Notes under the pieces: generated by a model | The model's input: the letters and a program-made list of their open reading frames with translations, nothing else | Database searches by the model: none | Told to the model about the DNA's origin: nothing | Position numbers and translations under genes: made by a program | Shown here: one piece after another, positions 37,655-43,457 of the stretch | Layout: each line of letters starts with the position of its first letter | How positions within the stretch are numbered: position 1 is the first letter of the stretch | NCBI RefSeq assembly: GCF_001194135.2 | Contig: NC_069002.1 | Span: 21,249,939 to 21,293,395, forward strand | From: Octopus bimaculoides | Lineage: Eukaryota | Reading direction: 5' to 3' | Length of the DNA: 43,457 nt

Positions 37655-37690
<36 letters not shown>

Positions 37691-38204
37691 TTACATAAGT
37701 ATATATACATGCAATTTTCTATCAGAACTCTCGTTTTTTTCCGCCTAAAATCAGTAAATCGCTTCAAATAACCTATGCATATTTATATACATAATATATG
37801 TGTGTGTTTGAGTGTCTGTATGTGAGTGTGAGAGTGTATGTGTAAGTGTGCGTCAATGTGTGTCTGTGGGTGTGAGTGTGTATGTGTGTATGCGTGTCGT
37901 AAACGAAAGGGTTGCAGGCTGTTGTTTCCAACACGGGTCAATCGCAGGTTCACTGCATTTCGAACATAAATATAAAATTTGTAGGAAATATATTTTTAAA
38001 CGAATCCACAATTTTCATCGGTTGTCGATAAACATCGGCGGTGCACACATGCACACACACATACAAACACACACGCACCCACATACACATATATAGAGTA
38101 TGTCTTTAAATATAGATACAAATACACCTATATACACATATATATATTTCCCCATATAGATATATCTACATATTTGTATATACACATATGCGTATATATT
38201 TTAT

Positions 38205-38666
38205 TTTCTTCTGTTATTTGTTTCTCACATTTGAAGGCGACCATGCTGGAGCACCGCTTTGAAAGATTTTAGTCGAAGAAATCGACCTCAGGATTTGTTT
38301 TAAGCCTAGTACTTGTTCTATTTGTTTCTTTCGCCGAACCGCTAAGTTACGTTGACGTAATGACACAAACACCAGTAGTCAAACAGAGACACAAAGACAC
38401 ATAGATGTGTATATATACATATATATATACACACATATATATGTATGTGTATATATATATGTGCGTGTGTATGTGTGTGTGTGTATTTATATATGTATAG
38501 ATAAATAGATAGATAGATATCCGACAGGCTTCTTTCAGTTTCCGTTCACCAAATTCACTTACAAGGCTAAAGAGGAAGACACTTGACCAAGGTGCCACGC
38601 AATGAGACTGAACTGGAAAGCACGTGGCTAAGAAACAAGCTTCCTACCACACTGCCACGCTTCTGC
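38205..38666 (-). mobile_element. tRNA-derived SINE family A (degenerate, reverse orientation)
   Basis: The plus strand shows CGACCATGCTGGAGCACCGC, AGTCGA...ATCGACCTCAGGA, CGCCGAACCGCTAAGTTACG, GACAGGCTTCTTTCAGTTTCCG and GAAGACACTTGACCAAGGTGCCACGCA, which are reverse complements of family A blocks. Confidence 0.85.
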
Positions 38667-40489
38667 CTCTATATACATATACCAACATGTATATATGTGT
38701 GTATCTATGCGGCCCAGGCAGTGTCATGAGCCACAAACGTTTTCAACTTCTTAAACTAATCAGGCCCGGAGCAGTTTTTTCACACTGGTTCGCTATTACG
38801 TGCCAAAAGTGAAAGACTAACATGTATGTTTTAATTTTACTCTTCCGGTTCATAACAATGCTTCACCTTCATTGCACATTTACAGTTTTATATTAAGACT
38901 TTAATTAACTTGCTATCACGTAACAGCTATTTACGATAACAGCGTGTCGTTCATAAATTAACATTCCTTTTGTCTGTGATTCGAAACAGATTCACAAATT
39001 TTCCTCCAAGTAAATAACTTCATCTTTCTGTCATGGACAATGCAAGTTGACACTTCGTAACATTTAACGCATGGTTTGGCCACGTCTGATGGATGTCTTT
39101 CCGCTTCATCTATAACCTTTTCAGGTTACCTAGAGTTTACAAAAACAAACTGAGATATTAACCCCCGCATTAACATTTAATATTGTGCTTCCATCGTTCA
39201 TTCCCGAACACCCTGTATGGTGTACGGTTGTTTCCCATTCAACAACTTCTGTCCAACTGGACAGAATCTAATTCAACTCGTCTTATTTTATGGAGTTATT
39301 TATATCGATTCATTTCAACAACCATTATAATTGATGACAACGCTGTTACATAGCAATACTGATCAGGTGAAACCCATTCATTCATTCTGCTGAATTCGGT
39401 ACGTAACCTTCTTCATTCGTAAATTGGATAAGTTTTGATAAATGCACCCGCACGTGTTTCACTACAGAAAGACAAAAAGGATTTTTTTGTGTGGAAGTAC
39501 CCCGAACTCGTAATATGCTACAAACCTCCTATTTTTCTTCAGAATCAAAACAAGGGTTGTGGTGGTGGATCTCGGATTTTCTCCCGAAAGTCCGAGGTAC
39601 CCCATTTTCTACAGAAAATGAAAGATTTGGCTGCTATTTCTCCCACGCGCTGCTNNNNNNNNNNNNNNNNNNNNNNNNNNNNNNNNNNNNNNNNNNNNNN
39701 NNNNNNNNNNNNNNNNNNNNNNNNNNNNNNNNNNNNNNNNNNNNNNNNNNNNNNNNNNNNNNNNNNNNNNNNNNNNNNNNNNNNNNNNNNNNNNNNNNNN
39801 NNNNNNNNNNNNNNNNNNNNNNNNNNNNNNNNNNNNNNNNNNNNNNNNNNNNNNNNNNNNNNNNNNNNNNNNNNNNNNNNNNNNNNNNNNNNNNNNNNNN
39901 NNNNNNNNNNNNNNNNNNNNNNNNNNNNNNNNNNNNNNNNNNNNNNNNNNNNNNNNNNNNNNNNNNNNNNNNNNNNNNNNNNNNNNNNNNNNNNNNNNNN
40001 NNNNNNNNNNNNNNNNNNNNNNNNNNNNNNNNNNNNNNNNNNNNNNNNNNNNNNNNNNNNNNNNNNNNNNNNNNNNNNNNNNNNNNNNNNNNNNNNNNNN
40101 NNNNNNNNNNNNNNNNNNNNNNNNNNNNNNNNNNNNNNNNNNNNNNNNNNNNNNNNNNNNNNNNNNNNNNNNNNNNNNNNNNNNNNNNNNNNNNNNNNNN
40201 NNNNNNNNNNNNNNNNNNNNNNNNNNNNNNNNNNNNNNNNNNNNNNNNNNNNNNNNNNNNNNNNNNNNNNNNNNNNNNNNNNNNNNNNNNNNNNNNNNNN
40301 NNNNNNNNNNNNNNNNNNNNNNNNNNNNNNNNNNNNNNNNNNNNNNNNNNNNNNNNNNNNNNNNNNNNNNNNNNNNNNNNNNNNNNNNNNNNNNNNNNNN
40401 NNNNNNNNNNNNNNNNNNNNNNNNNNNNNNNNNNNNNNNNNNNNNNNNNNNNNNNNNNNNNNNNNNNNNNNNNNNNNNNNNNNNNNNNN

Positions 40490-40532
<43 letters not shown>

Positions 40533-41184
40533 CATAACATGAAATAATTATAAGCTAAACAATGTAAATTACATCATTAGAACTTATTGCAACATTGTCG
40601 GAGACATATAGCTTTATACGTTCCACTCTTGTATGTTAAAAGTTGTTAACAAAATTCATCATCGGAGGGATGGCTAACAACTCTCTGCAACATTGCCACT
40701 CGGTTTTCTAACAAGTGATGCAATTAAACTACACGACTCGAAAAAGACATTTGAAGTTCTAAATTGTGGTCATGCACTTTAAGCTTAAAATGAACTACCT
40801 AATTAGATACAAACAAATATATACATATATGCGTGTTGTGCGTGTATGTGTGTGTATCTGCGCGTACGCATACGTGTGTGTATCTTCTGCGTTTCAGTTT
40901 TATTTAATTTCTTCTCAGAAGAGATCAAACCGGTCGCTAACGAAGTAACATGACTTTTTGAGTTGTATGTATATATACATATACGAATTCATGCACGTAT
41001 GTATATATATACATGTATGCATCTATGCATGTATGTGTGTATATCAATTGAATCAGAATAAGAAGTCAAAGATTTCATCTATCACATTTTTATTATCAGC
41101 TACAGCTATTCTTGCCCAACTTCGGTTCCTATATCGTCGTACTCCAATGATTTCACGAGAAAGGTCATGTCACATTGCCGATTG

Positions 41185-41257
<73 letters not shown>

Positions 41258-41518
41258 NNNNNNNNNNNNNNNNNNNNNNNNNNNNNNNNNNNNNNNNNNN
41301 NNNNNNNNNNNNNNNNNNNNNNNNNNNNNNNNNNNNNNNNNNNNNNNNNNNNNNNNNNNNNNNNNNNNNNNNNNNNNNNNNNNNNNNNNNNNNNNNNNNN
41401 NNNNNNNNNNNNNNNNNNNNNNNNNNNNNNNNNNNNNNNNNNNNNNNNNNNNNNNNNNNNNNNNNNNNNNNNNNNNNNNNNNNNNNNNNNNNNNNNNNNN
41501 NNNNNNNNNNNNNNNNNN

Positions 41519-41570
<52 letters not shown>

Positions 41571-41743
41571 ATGTGTGTGTGTGTGTGTGTATATGTATGT
41601 ATATATGTATATATTATATATATATACACAATTACATGTTTAGAGATACATATAAAATGTACATGCATATGTAGGTGTGTGTATATATATATATATATAT
41701 CGAGAAAACCAACATTTTTTTAAATATCTGAGCGAAAGAGCTA

Positions 41744-41946
41744 CAGTTACAGTACCGAATAGTAATCTTTATATGGCAACATAACGTGGCAGTCCTATAA
41801 AAGACGATGTTACTGTTATTTTAGCCCCAGAAAAAGTCTTTTCCAGTTGGTTATCGAAATATAAACTAAAACAACACTAACACCGTCCTTTATAGGACTA
41901 CTACGTTATGTTTGCATATAAACATTACTATCCGGTACTGTTACTG
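41744..41946. mobile_element. MITE with 63-bp terminal inverted repeats (Tc1/mariner-type, TA target)
   Basis: The left TIR 41744-41806 (CAGTTACAGTACCGAATAGTAATCTTTATATGGCAACATAACGTGGCAGTCCTATAAAAGACG) and right TIR 41884-41946 are near reverse complements. TA flanks the left end and CA the right. Confidence 0.85.
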
Positions 41947-42180
41947 CATTTCCCTCACTCAGAGTTTTGAAACATGCTTTTCTCGATACCGAGATCAGCG
42001 ACTGCGTGTCGCTTAAAGAATATATAGTATTTTCGAGTGGAGATAATTTTCGTCACTAGCTGGTGGTTATCTCACACTGAGGATAGATAACCTAGGCCTG
42101 TAAGTATCACGTAAGGCTAGAAGAAGTGGGAGCGATGACCTTCATTGCAAATGCTGTATACAGACACAAACTGTGTGTCG

Positions 42181-42265
42181 TTAGCCATCTGGAAAAGACG
42201 TTTTCCTGGAGCTAAAACAACAGTAGCATTGTCCTTTATAGGACTGCCACGTTATGTTGGCATAT

Positions 42266-42268
<3 letters not shown>
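42181..42268 (-). mobile_element. Partial second copy of the same MITE family, inverted relative to the first
   Basis: The reverse complement TTTATATGCCCAACATAACGTGGCAGTCCTATAAAGGACAATGCTACTGTTGTTTTAGCTCCAGGAAAACGTCTTTTCCAGATGGCTAA matches about 41768-41854. It is truncated at (CA)n followed by an N gap. Confidence 0.8.
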
Positions 42269-42312
<44 letters not shown>

Positions 42313-43419
42313 CACATACGCACACACACACACACCCNNNNNNNNNNNNNNNNNNNNNNNNNNNNNNNNNNNNNNNNNNNNNNNNNNNNNNNNNNNNNNN
42401 NNNNNNNNNNNNNNNNNNNNNNNNNNNNNNNNNNNNNNNNNNNNNNNNNNNNNNNNNNNNNNNNNNNNNNNNNNNNNNNNNNNNNNNNNNNNNNNNNNNN
42501 NNNNNNNNNNNNNNNNNNNNNNNNNNNNNNNNNNNNNNNNNNNTATATATAAACACACGCACAAGCACACATATATATACGGAAGATTTAAAATATTAAG
42601 TAACAACAGCCGACGAGTTTTCTTTTTTAATGGGGTTATATGCTGATGCTTTAGAAACAATCATGTAACAATGTTACATTGAACACAATGCTCATGGAAA
42701 GCAAGTTATAAATGTGTGTTGATATATGCGTGCTGATGTTTCTCTGTATCTGTCTGTATCAGTCTGTTTGTTTCTGTGCGTGCGCGCATGTATGTGTTTG
42801 TGTGCGCCTTTATTCAGTGCAGTACGACATATGAAGAAAGTTGAAAACTTCATATTTCGAAAGATCTGTTCTTGAAGAAAAATTGAATTATATTTCGAAA
42901 TATCTTCTAGTAGTTAGCCATCAATATCCTAAACACAGAATATATATATAAAAAACGAAAAATTCAGAATCTATTTTACTTTTATTTCATGTATTCTCAC
43001 ACGTGTGACATTGCTTTAAAAACGCCAACTGTTCAAGGTATGACGTCTCAATCACCAAATCTACATCACCAAATCATCAGATAATGTGTAACAAGAGAAT
43101 AATTGGCCTTAAACCACTTTACTGCCTTTAGCAGATATATCGTTTCAACAGAATTCCACTTCTGTACTGATAAATGTCAATTTAGATGCGTTAACAAAGA
43201 GAAGCGTTTCATTTCACAACAGTAATAGCACTCTGAAGATTTTGTTCCATTGATGCGGATAATTTTAAGATATTAGATCTCTAGCAGAAGGGATTTATTT
43301 GTATTTGATAAAACGTGGGTAATTAAAAGTTTTACTGACACTCGTGGTCTAGAATATCCATGATATACATTTACATGTCTGCATTGAGACGTGCATGCAG
43401 GAGCAATCACCCATATATG

Positions 43420-43457
<38 letters not shown>

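Overview
This is AT-rich, microsatellite-dense, gapped (about 3.7 kb of N) eukaryotic DNA. The SINE repertoire and repeat style point to a cephalopod, probably Octopus; this is inferred from recognising the SINEs and was not verified by search. No intact protein-coding gene is evident, and most ORFs in the supplied track are microsatellite or N-gap artefacts. Recognisable content: (1) a Penelope-like GIY-YIG fragment abutting a truncated mariner; (2) a disrupted RGS-domain gene at 9362-9873; (3) a 5'-truncated R4/Dong-like RLE non-LTR element flanked by (AAT)n; (4) an L1/Tx1-like ORF2 fragment beside (GATA)n; (5) a full-length decayed Tc1 element; (6) two Tc1/mariner-type MITEs; (7) several tRNA-derived SINEs, including a nested pair. 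Two signals stand out. The first is a 39-bp near-perfect hairpin (9322-9408) whose 5' arm is a complete putative 3' splice site (branch point, pyrimidine tract, TAG). Its 3' arm is the start of the RGS exon, and the only mismatch falls on the A of the ATG. The second is a minimal type I hammerhead-ribozyme-like motif at 26559-26598. Orphan candidate exons (8875-8913, 33038-33177, 36495-37445) suggest unannotated or decayed host genes.
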